Below, piece after piece: positions 25,274 through 34,942 of a DNA stretch of 64,000 nucleotides. Within the stretch, counting starts at the first letter, position 1; the number at the start of each line of letters is the position of its first letter. The position numbers were made by a program, and so were the translations under genes. The notes below the pieces were generated by a model. The model did no database searches and had not been told where the DNA came from. It saw only the letters and a list, made by a program, of their open reading frames with translations. This DNA comes from an uncultured delta proteobacterium (lineage in GTDB: Bacteria > Myxococcota_A > Polyangia > Fen-1088): NCBI GenBank assembly GCA_963796685.1, contig CAWCMR010000015.1:192001-256000 (forward strand). The letters are read 5' to 3'.

Positions 25274-25690
25274 ACGCTTCCGCGAAGAGGAGCCGCTCCT
25301 GGATGTCCGGGGCGAGTAGGGTGAGGTCGAGTAGCTGCATGACCCTTGCCCTTGTCACCCCTAGTCGTCTTGCCACCTCGGCACGATCACGGACGACTCC
25401 CCCGTTGCATCGGCCAAGGCGTCGCGGACCCGCTCTACGACAAAGTCCTCGATGGCCTGGGCGGGTAGGGGACTGGCCGCGCAGCCCGTCGGCTCCTCGC
25501 TTGTCGCGTTTCGAGCAGCGGTAGTAGCGGTATTCTCGGGTCCCCCGGCGCGTTGACGCGGGGGTGTAGGCCTGGCCGCATAGCGCGCAGTGAAGCATGC
25601 CGGTCAGGATGTACTCGGGGTTGCGACCTTGGCCTGCGGCATGAGTCCGGCCGTTCTCGTGGAGCAGCGAGGGGCTGGCAGCGCTTTGCT
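25272..25690 (-). pseudogene. Fragments of a large serine recombinase (zinc ribbon) and its accessory gene
   Basis: YILTGMLHCALCG...YRYYRCSKR zinc ribbon; VRDRAEVARRLGVTRARVMQLLDLTLLAPDIQE. Confidence 0.7.
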
Positions 25691-25756
25691 TTGACCGCAG
25701 CAGGCGATCGCGGTAGGAGCGATCAAAACACCGCACTTTGCCCCGTTCGTCTCCCA

Positions 25757-28078
25757 TCACGAGCGATGGTCTGGACAGAGGTAATGGATGCGGTGCTCGC
25801 CGTCGTCGACGTGGGCATCGACGATGACGTCCTTCGGCTCGATGGCTCGACCGCATTCGTCGAAGTCTCGGCGCTGCTGGGGAAAACTGCAGGCGACGTG
25901 CGCTCTACGAGAGTCGTCGAACTCGAACCTCAACCCGCGATCACCTGGCAAGCAGCAGGGTCTGATGTTGTCCTGGCCAGTCGTTACCCGCAGCGCACGC
26001 TGGACTGCAGCTGCGATGGGCGCGCGGTATCCGGCCAATTCCTCGCCCCACTCCGACAGGACCCCCACATGCGGCCGGACTGTCTTGAGCGCGCGAAACG
26101 CGCCCAAAACCCCGAGATGCTTCGAATAATATCGCCCTGGCTCGCACATCTCGTCGAACTCGACTCGACTGACGTGAGCGACGAAGATCTCGACGTTCTT
26201 CAGGGTTGCGAACGACTGTTCGACCGTTGGGCACCAATGCGTATCCGAAGAAATCGCGGCCAGCACCCGCTCTTCAAGACGATCCCGCTCGTGAAACGCC
26301 ACGCCAAATGCCGAGATCTTGCGGTGCCAACCGATGTCCGCGTGGTGAGCCACCAGTCCTTGAATCGTTAGCGTGGAGCCTCCGCTCTCCAGGAGCCAAG
26401 TATCGCCGCAACCGAAGACCACGATTTCGCTCTTGGGGCTCGACATCTTCACTTGGCTGGCGAGCCCCGTGTTGGCGTTCCTGCTGAGAAGGAAAGAGGA
26501 GATCCTGTGCCCGGCGCGACTCGCCAGATTGAGCACGCTCTCGACCTCGTACGTGTGGTCCGGGTGATTGTGCGTGACGATGACCGTATCGATATCGTCG
26601 ACCTTGAACCCGGTCTCGTAGAGGTTGCGGATGAAGCTCGGACCTGGGTCGACGGCGATGCCGTGGCCTTTCCATCGAAGTAGGTAGCCGCCCCCGCGGG
26701 AGGTGAATCGGGCCTCCCTATTCGAGGCCCATTGCTGTGGAAGGAACGGAGTGAACGAGCTCCACGAGCGCAGTACGCAGAAGACGTCGCGAGACGTCTG
26801 ATCCGCCCCCCTGTGGACCTTGACGGGTTTCGAATTCGTGTTCCTCGCGGCCTGGCTCTTCATCGAGCATGGAGCCAATGATCGCGGGTGGCCACCGCCG
26901 CTGCCTTGGGCCGCATCTGTCGGACCGTCGGCCATCCTGGGATGCCTCAGAAATCTAGCAAACCGCTGCTCGGCCTGCGATGCCGACCGGAACATTCCGT
27001 CAAAGTCGAAACGCAGCTCGTCGAGGACGGCGTTGTCCTCTCGCACGACCTCCTCCTCTCTCGCCGAGCGCGGTTTCAAGGGCTTAGCCAACCGGGCCAA
27101 CCGGACGCTTGCGTAGACCTTGCCGGGCGCTACCGTGGCGCCCAACTTGGCCTTCGTCCGAATTTCTTCGTAGTAGTCACCCAGGCACGTGGGCGTGGGT
27201 TTGTCGCGGGGGGCAAACAGGTCCTTCAGGATCTCCTCGTAGTGATGGATCGCCGAGAGCCGATGGGTATCCTGGCTGGCGTCCGCAGCAAAGGTCCGCA
27301 GCCAGGGATGGCCTTCGGCGTAAATGGCAAGGCTCTTCGGTGGCAACAACGCAGCCAGCTTCTCCGTGAGCTCGTCGCGGGCAGGCTTGCCGGTAAGGCG
27401 AATCCTGAGCTGCACGATCCGGCACGCCGTGACGTATAGATCTTGGTAGTTTCTCCTGTCACTGCCGGTGTAACCACAACAACGCTCGATCCGTTCCTTG
27501 CTTGAGAACCGAGCGAGCCTGATCAGGATGTCGTGCAACAACTTCTTCTCGCTCTTGGGAGTTATGATCAGAAAGACCGAAGCGATGGCCTGTTCAGCCT
27601 GGTCGAGATGCGTAACGTCGCCGCTGGCGATGGCTAGGTGCAGCTTCGACAATGCAATTAGGCCGTAGGCTATTGGCAGGTCCTTGAGGGTCTCTCGGAG
27701 AATGGAACGCTTGGAGGGCGCTGCACGCTTGCTACAACAGTGACCGCGTTTGGACATGCAGCCAAGGATGCCGTTGTCTTTGCATGCCTTCACACAGGTG
27801 CAGGCGCGTCGGGTCGGGGCTTCTCCATCGAGGACGAGCTCTGTCGCTTTGACCGCAAGGTCGTAGGCGCGCGCGTATTCCTCGCTGTGGTAGGCAGCCT
27901 TGGCCTCGAACAGCTTCTGGTAATAGCCGAGGCCGCACTCTTTGGCATGGTCTCGCAGCTCGCGGAATTCGGTCCGGAAGGCGCTGCGATCATAGCGTTC
28001 GCGCATCTTCGAATCGAAGCCCACGAGACTATCCCGAATACGTTGAATGGCGCGCCATTGAAACTGAGGATCAGGCAT
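25757..28078 (-). CDS. 773-aa protein: helical/TPR-like N-terminus plus MBL-fold metallo-hydrolase
   Basis: GGGY-x-x-x-W...VDPG, THNHPDH (HxHxDH), AHH, SSDT, H-L-G, SEWGEE; Cys-rich segments. Confidence 0.8.
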   Translation of the reverse strand: MPDPQFQWRAIQRIRDSLVGFDSKMRERYDRSAFRTEFRELRDHAKECGLGYYQKLFEAKAAYHSEEYARAYDLAVKATELVLDGEAPTRRACTCVKACKDNGILGCMSKRGHCCSKRAAPSKRSILRETLKDLPIAYGLIALSKLHLAIASGDVTHLDQAEQAIASVFLIITPKSEKKLLHDILIRLARFSSKERIERCCGYTGSDRRNYQDLYVTACRIVQLRIRLTGKPARDELTEKLAALLPPKSLAIYAEGHPWLRTFAADASQDTHRLSAIHHYEEILKDLFAPRDKPTPTCLGDYYEEIRTKAKLGATVAPGKVYASVRLARLAKPLKPRSAREEEVVREDNAVLDELRFDFDGMFRSASQAEQRFARFLRHPRMADGPTDAAQGSGGGHPRSLAPCSMKSQAARNTNSKPVKVHRGADQTSRDVFCVLRSWSSFTPFLPQQWASNREARFTSRGGGYLLRWKGHGIAVDPGPSFIRNLYETGFKVDDIDTVIVTHNHPDHTYEVESVLNLASRAGHRISSFLLSRNANTGLASQVKMSSPKSEIVVFGCGDTWLLESGGSTLTIQGLVAHHADIGWHRKISAFGVAFHERDRLEERVLAAISSDTHWCPTVEQSFATLKNVEIFVAHVSRVEFDEMCEPGRYYSKHLGVLGAFRALKTVRPHVGVLSEWGEELAGYRAPIAAAVQRALRVTTGQDNIRPCCLPGDRGLRFEFDDSRRAHVACSFPQQRRDFDECGRAIEPKDVIVDAHVDDGEHRIHYLCPDHRS

Positions 28079-28144
28079 GGGATTCCCTCCGACTGCTCAG
28101 GAAAGACTCGGTCCGCTACAACAACCGCAGACATTACTGCATGT

Positions 28145-28200
28145 CAACTTGCTCGGGTCAACCCCAGCCGCCGCCACTTCAGCACGGTCACGAACCACTC
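28145..28200 (-). pseudogene. Third remnant of the recombinase accessory gene
   Basis: GVVRDRAEVA..RLGLTRA, similar to 25340-25402. Confidence 0.45.
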
Positions 28201-28531
28201 CGCGCGGACGCCGCTCGTCGCGGATTTCCGCCTCGACCTTGACCAAGAGGTCCTCTTCACGCCCGAGCGGCTGGGCTACAGGACCGGGTCGACGGCACCG
28301 CTCGACCTCGTCATAGAGCGCCTCGATGTCGGCGACCGGTTCACGGTTACGGACGTGAACAACGTCTGGCAGCGGTCTCCGGATAAGCGCTGGCTGGCCG
28401 TGTACACATCCAGCGGCGGCCTCAGGACCGTCGACCTGGACACGGGAGCGGTCCACTTCGTGTCTCGATCTTGTCCACGATGGACCGGACAATGCGGGCG
28501 CGATTGTCTGGGGAAAGTGTGTCCCGGATCT

Positions 28532-28565
28532 CGTGCGGCAGTCATGCACGTGCGGCAGTCATGCA
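28532..28565. repeat. Perfect 17-bp tandem duplication
   Basis: cgtgcggcagtcatgca x2. Confidence 0.85.
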
Positions 28566-28936
28566 CGATTCGAGGATAGAACGGTATCCATGCCGTGGCT
28601 GGCCGACTGGCATCTGCCACGACGAGAATTCGCCTCTGCGGGCGAGTATCGGGTCTTCAGGGCGCTTACGTTCTCCGGGGTGCCGAGGAAGAGGTTGATA
28701 CCAACGACGTGGGAGTGAATCCCGGCGGGGTCGTCGATGGCACCTGGAAGCAATCTTCGAAAAGTGCGGCTAGGCGATCTCAGCGAGCGCGGCATCGTAT
28801 CTGTTGAGGCACTTGGTTTCGTTCGATTTGAACACCCGAGGCGATCGCGTTCAGCGCGATCGAGAGGCCGCACTTATGCCGGATCGTCTCCACAGAGTCC
28901 TATTGGGGGAAAGCGCGAATGCAGTAGGATAGCGGC

Positions 28937-31298
28937 ATGTCCAGCGCTGGCTCGCGGTCCGGTTTCTTGCTCGCGCTCTGCCTCGTGGCTTGCTCGGCCA
29001 ACCATGCGGCCGGTTCGGCTGGAGCTGGAGGCTCGGCTGGAGCTGGCGGCTCGGCTGGACTCGGCGGTGCGGGTGGAGCCGACGGCTCGGGCGGAGCTGG
29101 CGGGGCGACCGAGAGTTGGGACGCTGGCCCAGTCGGCGGTCAGGACGCCGGCGGTCCGACGCCCGGCGACGGGCCAGACCGGACAGTCGAGCCGAGTGGC
29201 GGTTGCAGCTCGGACGGCTGGTGCTGGCTGCGTCCGCGGCCGACCGGCAACACCCTCGCGAGCATTTCGGGAAGCAGGGCCGACGACCTGTGGGCGGCGG
29301 GGGAAGCTGGAACGGCCCTGCACTGGGACGGTACCACCTGGACGGCCCACAACGTGAATGGGGAGATCCATGACGTCTGGTCGGTGTTCCCGGCCGGTGC
29401 GAACGACGCGTGGGCGATCGGCTACGATGGACTCTTTCGCTGGGACGGCACCACCTGGACTCGGTCGGCGGCCGGAGCCCCGAGCGCAATCGTGGGGACA
29501 GGTCCCGACAACCTGTGGGCCGTGTCTGGCGAATACCTGATGCGGCTCATTGGCTCCACCTGGGGGGTCATGGGCGTCGCCGGCAGCGACTGCAGCGCGC
29601 TCTTCGTCGCATCTCCAACCGACATCTGGATCGGCTGCGACACCCTCTACCACTACGACGGGACGAGCTTCGTCGACACCGGCACGGTCCCTGGCGCTTT
29701 CCAGCTCGAAGGGAGCGGTCCCAGCGACATTTGGGCCGCCACGCTCGATGGCGTCTGGTCCTGGAACGGCACCGCGTGGGCCAAGGCCGGTCTGTCGACG
29801 ACGCCAATCTACAACCTGTCGGTCCGCGCCCCAGGGGATGTGTGGGCCCTCGATCACAACGATGTTCTCCACCATCGGGTCGGGGGCTCCTGGCAACAGA
29901 CCTGGCAGGGCCAGCCTTCGTCCACCCGCTGGGTCTGGGCGGTCGGTAGCGACGTCTGGATCGCCGGCGCTGATGGCCTCCTCTTGCGCGGCGACGGCAC
30001 GACCTTTGCGCCCACCGGCGACACGACGATCAGCCCGCAGGTCTGGGCCAGGGCCGTCTACGGGATCCCGCCCAGCCGAGTGTGGATCGCGACCGACGAC
30101 GGGGTCCAAGTCTTTGACGGGTCGACGCTGAGCCAGATGCCTGGAACCGCCGGTCGCGCATTCACGATGGTCTGGGCTTCGGCGCTCGACGACGTCTGGT
30201 TGGTCGGAAGCGACCTATACCTCTGGCGCTGGAGCAGCGGCTCTCTCCGGCAGGTGCGTGCCAGCAGCGGGATCCTCTGGGGGACGTCGGCGAACGACGT
30301 CTGGTCCGGATTCGACCATTGGGACGGACAGACCTGGACGACGACGGGGAAGGGCGACTCTGGCTACACGGTGGCGGGCCTGTGGGCGAGCGGGCCTTCC
30401 GACGCTTGGATGGTCGGCAACGACGGGTACGTCAAGCACTGGGACGGCACTGCCTGGACGCGGATGACGGGCACGGGAAGCCGGATGCTTGCCACCGTCT
30501 GGGGAACTGGTCCCACCGACGTCTGGATCGGCGGGGCTGACAAACAGGTCTTGCGCTGGGACGGCCAGAAGTGGACCACGCTCCACAGCCTCCCAAAACA
30601 ACAATGGCCAAGCGACGCCGCCGGCAGGTTACTTCGCGTCCGTCAGCGCAGGCTATGCGTTTGCCTGCGGAGTGGGGACCGACGGCACTATTGCGTGCTG
30701 GGGCTACAACGGCGCGGGCCAAACCACACCGCCAGCCGGCTGGTTCTCTTTCGTCAGCGCGGGAGACGGGCACGCCTGTGGGGTCAGAACCGACGGGACC
30801 CTCGCATGCTGGGGCTACAACAACTATGGCCAGGCGATCCCGCCAGCAGGTACCTTCGTATCCGTCAGTGCCGGCGAGTATTTTGTCTGTGGGGTCAGGA
30901 CCGACGGGACTCTCGCATGCTGGGGCTACAACTTCTATGGGCAGGCGACGCCACCGGCAGGTAGCTTCGCATCCGTCAGTGCGGGTGACTATTCTGCATG
31001 CGGAGTTAAGACCGACGGGACTATCGCCTGCTGGGGCGACAACGTCTCTGGCGAGGCGACGCCCCCGGAGGATAACTTCGCGTCCCTCAGTGTCGGCCGC
31101 CATTTTGCGTGCGGGGTCAGGACCGATGGCACCATCGCCTGCTGGGGTGACAACAACTATGGCCAAGCGACGCCGCCGGCAGGTGGCTTCGTGTCCGTCA
31201 GTGCGGGTGACTATTCTGCGTGCGGGGTCAGGACCGACGGCACTATCGCCTGCTGGGGCGACAACGTCTCTGGCCAGGCTACGCCTCCAGCGCCATGA
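28937..31298 (+). CDS. Lipoprotein with Gly-rich linker, Trp-rich beta-propeller repeats and C-terminal RCC1-like repeats (frameshift 30595-30598)
   Basis: LVAC lipobox; repeated D-x-W-x-x-G...WDG-x-x-W; deleting one A joins it to six 37-aa repeats GQATPP...CWG. Confidence 0.75.
30606..31295 (+). repeat. Six 111-bp coding tandem repeats (RCC1-like)
   Basis: Period 111 bp: ggccaa at 30606, 30717 and onward. Confidence 0.9.
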
Positions 31299-31376
31299 AG
31301 ACGGATGGCGGACACCCGCGCTGCAGGCCTTCGAGGGATTTGCGCCTTGGAAGTGCGTAGTAGACGGCGTCCACGC

Positions 31377-32222
31377 TCACGTCTCAAAGATGACTTGATC
31401 GAACAACCTGGCCGCATCCTCCCAACCTTCGCCCTTGCATCCGAAGTGGCCGATCACCTGCAAGCCGATTGCGTGCGCCCTGCGCGCCACGACCACAGGC
31501 AACTTGCCTTCAAGGGACGAGGCGTCCAGTCGACCCTCACCCGTGACCACTGATTCACAGCCGCGACAGGCGGCCTCGAAATCGAGCACGTCAAGGATCC
31601 GCTGGGCGCCATCCACCAACTCGGCGCCTAGCCACGCCAGCCTCGCTCCCAAACCGCCGGCCGCACCGGTTCTGGGGCCGCGGGGGAAACCGAGCGAGGC
31701 CAGCCGCTGGGTGAGCACGGGGATGTCCTCAGGTCGTGCGCCTTTCTGAGGACCGTAGATGATCGCGGCGTCGAGCAGGTCAGTGGTGACGTCGCAGAAG
31801 ACCGTTGTCGGCGGCAAGGTCAGCATGGGCCAGTCGCGTCCCCCGTCCACCGTGGCGCTGCCCCCTAACCCCAACCAGATTCGAGGTGCATCTCGATAGT
31901 GCGCCAACAAATTACCGAGTCCTCGGCTGGAAGCGACGAGCGGGTCCAACCTGTCCAACCCCGCCAGACCGATGACCTTGGCGCACTCGAGAACCACGGT
32001 GCCGTCGGCGAGCAACAGCACGGGCACGCCACGGACGCGTCCAAAGGGGTCAGCGGCTGGCGTCTCTTTGATTTCGCCGCCCAACCCGTGGTGGAGACAT
32101 TCGATGAAGCCGTCGCCCCCATCGCTCAGAGGGAATAGTCGATCGCCAGGGCGAGAGAGGTGCCGACAGGCTTGCAAAGGGCCCATGGTTCCCTTGAAAG
32201 CGGTGGGCGCGATCAGGCGCAT
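31377..32222 (-). CDS. Glycerate kinase family protein (short form)
   Basis: IAPTAFKGT, LSDGGDG, GLGGSATVDGG, YGPQKGA, GAAGG, VTGEG-x-LD. Confidence 0.9.
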   Translation of the reverse strand: MRLIAPTAFKGTMGPLQACRHLSRPGDRLFPLSDGGDGFIECLHHGLGGEIKETPAADPFGRVRGVPVLLLADGTVVLECAKVIGLAGLDRLDPLVASSRGLGNLLAHYRDAPRIWLGLGGSATVDGGRDWPMLTLPPTTVFCDVTTDLLDAAIIYGPQKGARPEDIPVLTQRLASLGFPRGPRTGAAGGLGARLAWLGAELVDGAQRILDVLDFEAACRGCESVVTGEGRLDASSLEGKLPVVVARRAHAIGLQVIGHFGCKGEGWEDAARLFDQVIFET

Positions 32223-32383
32223 GTTTTCAACTATCATGCTGTTCGCTGCTCCATGATCAACTTTGAGCTTGGTTTTTGCGCGCTGGTCGGCATGGGTCGC
32301 GCTTAGGACAGTCCCTCCGATCCGCCGGGGGTGGAATCGCCGTGGAAATCATAGAAAGATCTGGCATAAGAATCTTGCATAGG

Positions 32384-32668
32384 ATGGACACGGCAGGAGA
32401 AACCAGACCGATGGTCCCCCTCAGTGACTATCTTGCGGCTGAGGGGACTCTTCTTGCGTGGATTCGCACCGGGCTGGTTTTGATGCTGGCCGCTCCCACC
32501 GTCGCCATCGATCCTCCGCTCAAGGTTTTGATCTGGGAAGATTCTCTGGGAAAAGTCTGGCTTTCTTACAACAGTCCCGAGTACCTGAAGGAGCGGCACG
32601 GCTTACCCCAGGCGTTGGCGCAGAACCTCGCGATCGTGGGAACACTGGCAGCCAAAGCGGGTGAGTAA
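32384..32668 (+). pseudogene. Chimera of a DUF202 N-terminus and a DUF302 C-terminus
   Basis: DYLAAE-x-TLLAWIRTG (DUF202-like) joined to AIDPPLKVLIWED...WLSYNSP (DUF302-like). Confidence 0.6.
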
Positions 32669-32708
32669 GGCTCCATACTCGTATCCGCTGATTTGGCCGG
32701 CGGTTCCT

Positions 32709-34098
32709 TCATTTTGGCGGTACCGCTGAGAACAGCACGACCAATCCTTCAAGGAGGGTGGGGTGCGCAAGTACGGCCTCACGCAAACCGGTGTAGGGAA
32801 GACCGGCAATCATCGCAATCTGGACAGCACCCATGCAGCTCTCCACCATCTACGCCGAAGACTGTGAAACCCAGAATGCGGTCACTCTTCGTATCGATCA
32901 ATGCTTTCATGAAACCACGGGTTTCCGACAGCGTGCGCGTTCGCAGGTCGGCGGCCATTGGAATCTTGGCGAGTCGATAGGGCGTTCCGCTCGCCTTGGC
33001 CTCAGTTTCGTTTAGCCCGATTCGCGCCAGCTCAGGGTCTGTGAATAGGCAAAACGGAATCTGGCGCCCGGTAGTCACCCGGTTTCCACCGGCTAGATTA
33101 TCTCTAATGATTCGGAAGTCGTCGAAAGCGATGTGCGTGAACTGGGGGCTCCCCGCGCATTCGCCGATCGCCCAGACGTTCGCTGCGGTTGTCTCCAAGC
33201 GCTCGTTGACTTTTATGTATCCCTGCTCTGTAAGCTCAACCCCCGCGACATCCAAGCCAAGGCCGTCCGTATTCGGAGTGCGGCCAGCGGCGACCAGCAA
33301 ATCCGTGCCTTCGATGAGGCTATTCGAATCACCCTGGCTGACATGAAGCTTCACCGACTGTCCGGACACCCCTTCCACCAGCGAGACCGTGGCATTCATC
33401 ACAAGCTCGATGCCCTCTTCGTCGCAGAGTTCCTTGAGACCAGCGGACACATCCTCGTCTTCTCGGCTCGCCAACCGTTGGTTCCGATCAACAATCGTCA
33501 CGGAACTGCCGAAGCGGCGCATGGCCTGGGCAAGCTCCAAACCCACGTAGCCGCCCCCGAGGACGACGAGATGTTGCGGCAGGTTGCTGAGCTCGAGCGC
33601 CTCAACGTGGGTCAATGGATTTGATTCCCGCAGCCCGGGAATGTCCGCGATGGTCGCGCGAGTGCCGGTGCCGATGACGATCTTCTCGCCTTGAGCTACG
33701 CGAGTGCCCCCTTCGTTGAGGGACACCTCAAGGATCTTGGGCCCGGTGAATCTTGCCGAACCCAGAATCAATTCCGTACCGCTAGACCTGAAGTTGGCGA
33801 CGTGAATGTCGACGAGCTCCCTGACCATTTTGCGCTTGCGATCGCGCACGGCGGACATGTCGACCTGGAAGCCTTCTTTGAATATCCCGAACTCTTCGCT
33901 TCGTCGCAAATAGGAAGCTACTTTCGCGCTGTGAATGATGTTCTTGCTGGGTAGACAGGCGATGTTGGGACATGAGCCGCCGATATACTTTCGGTCGATC
34001 ACAGCTACCCGCTTGCCCTGCCTTCCAAGCGTCCAGGCCAGGAATTTCGACCCCTCTCCGGTGCCTACAATCACGACTTCGTACTGTGGTGTTTCCAT
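32709..34098 (-). CDS. Pyridine nucleotide-disulfide oxidoreductase (class I, RclA/Lpd/MerA-like); frameshift near 32835
   Basis: GGSCPNIACLPSK redox motif, GGGYVGLE, GRTPN, FTDPEL; corrected frame gives AHPTLLEG and a stop at 32709. Confidence 0.85.
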
Positions 34099-34345
34099 CG
34101 CGCAATATCGATTCTAGGAAAAATGTATCCAGAGGAGTGCGTCCGGTGCCACCGCAGAAGCGCCGGCTTCTGCGGTTCCCGACATTTCTACGATGCGGGC
34201 GCGGTCCGGAAGATTCAAGTCGCCCTGGGGTCAACTACGACGGCGGCTATCGTGTGTGCGTAACCGATTCAAGCTTAGCCGCTCTCGAAAAGTAGACCGG
34301 GTGGCGGCTACGTACCTGCGTGCCTTCAGGATGGGATTCTGGGTT

Positions 34346-34510
34346 CTTGGGTGGGGTAGGGCGGTTAATTTAACAGGGAGCGGCGGAGTGGGGGAGACAG
34401 GCGGCGCGCGGATGGACCTGATTTTGCGGGGGTCTTGCCGTTGCCACTGCAGTTTCTGGCAGCCTGGCTGGTGGTCTGGGGCTCGGCCGGGTTCTCCAAG
34501 AGCAAGTCGA
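34346..34510 (+). mobile_element. Degenerate 5' end of an IS-like (integrase-core) element, copy 2, with start of the gene
   Basis: Repeat of 12252-12338 followed by LPLPLQFLAAW...LGRVLQEQV, resembling N-termini of myxobacterial integrase-core proteins as recalled. Confidence 0.55.
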
Positions 34511-34608
34511 GGACACGAATCACCATCATGAGGAACGGAGCCCTCTATTGGACAGCGCCGCCTGGTTCCTGCCCACCCCGTCAACGAAGGTGCAACTGGC
34601 CGCACGGC

Positions 34609-34857
34609 TCAAAGTCGTTCCGCGTCGTGCGCGTGACCGATGGCGGACCGCAGCCCGGGCCCAAGCTTCCGGCAGTCGAACGTCACTTTTTCCGATTGCA
34701 CCGAGACAACGGCATCGACCGGCACCCTGAAGTCCCCGGCATTCTCAACGTAGACGGTGAGAGCGTGGCCATCGGCAGAAATCCCACGTGTTGCCCCGAA
34801 CTCCTCTTCGCCATCCGCGACGAACGTCTGGAAACCGACCTCGATCTTCTCGCGCAT
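34609..34857 (-). CDS. Small conserved hypothetical protein
   Basis: 82 aa with aggag RBS; VYVENAGDF and AIGHAHDAE motifs. Confidence 0.65.
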   Translation of the reverse strand: MREKIEVGFQTFVADGEEEFGATRGISADGHALTVYVENAGDFRVPVDAVVSVQSEKVTFDCRKLGPGLRSAIGHAHDAERL

Positions 34858-34942
34858 GAAACAGCTCCTCTCCCGAAATCCGGTTTTGCTGCGGTTTAGC
34901 ATCCTTCAGCCATGTTGACACCAAGTTGGGACTTACCACTGT

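Noticed and set aside
30606-31295. Complete diversity-generating retroelement
   Set aside because: No reverse transcriptase, avd or non-coding template repeat in the window, and some changes are not at adenines
32362-32378. sigma54 promoter TGGCAT...TTGC
   Set aside because: GG-to-GC spacing is 12, not the required 10
32709-34098. merA mercuric reductase
   Set aside because: No NmerA domain, no C-terminal Cys-Cys in the corrected frame and no mer genes; the GCC at the ORF end comes from the frameshift
34151-34176. Hairpin accgcagaag-N6-cttctgcggt as a terminator
   Set aside because: No U-tract and it is upstream, not downstream, of the adjacent gene; function unsupported
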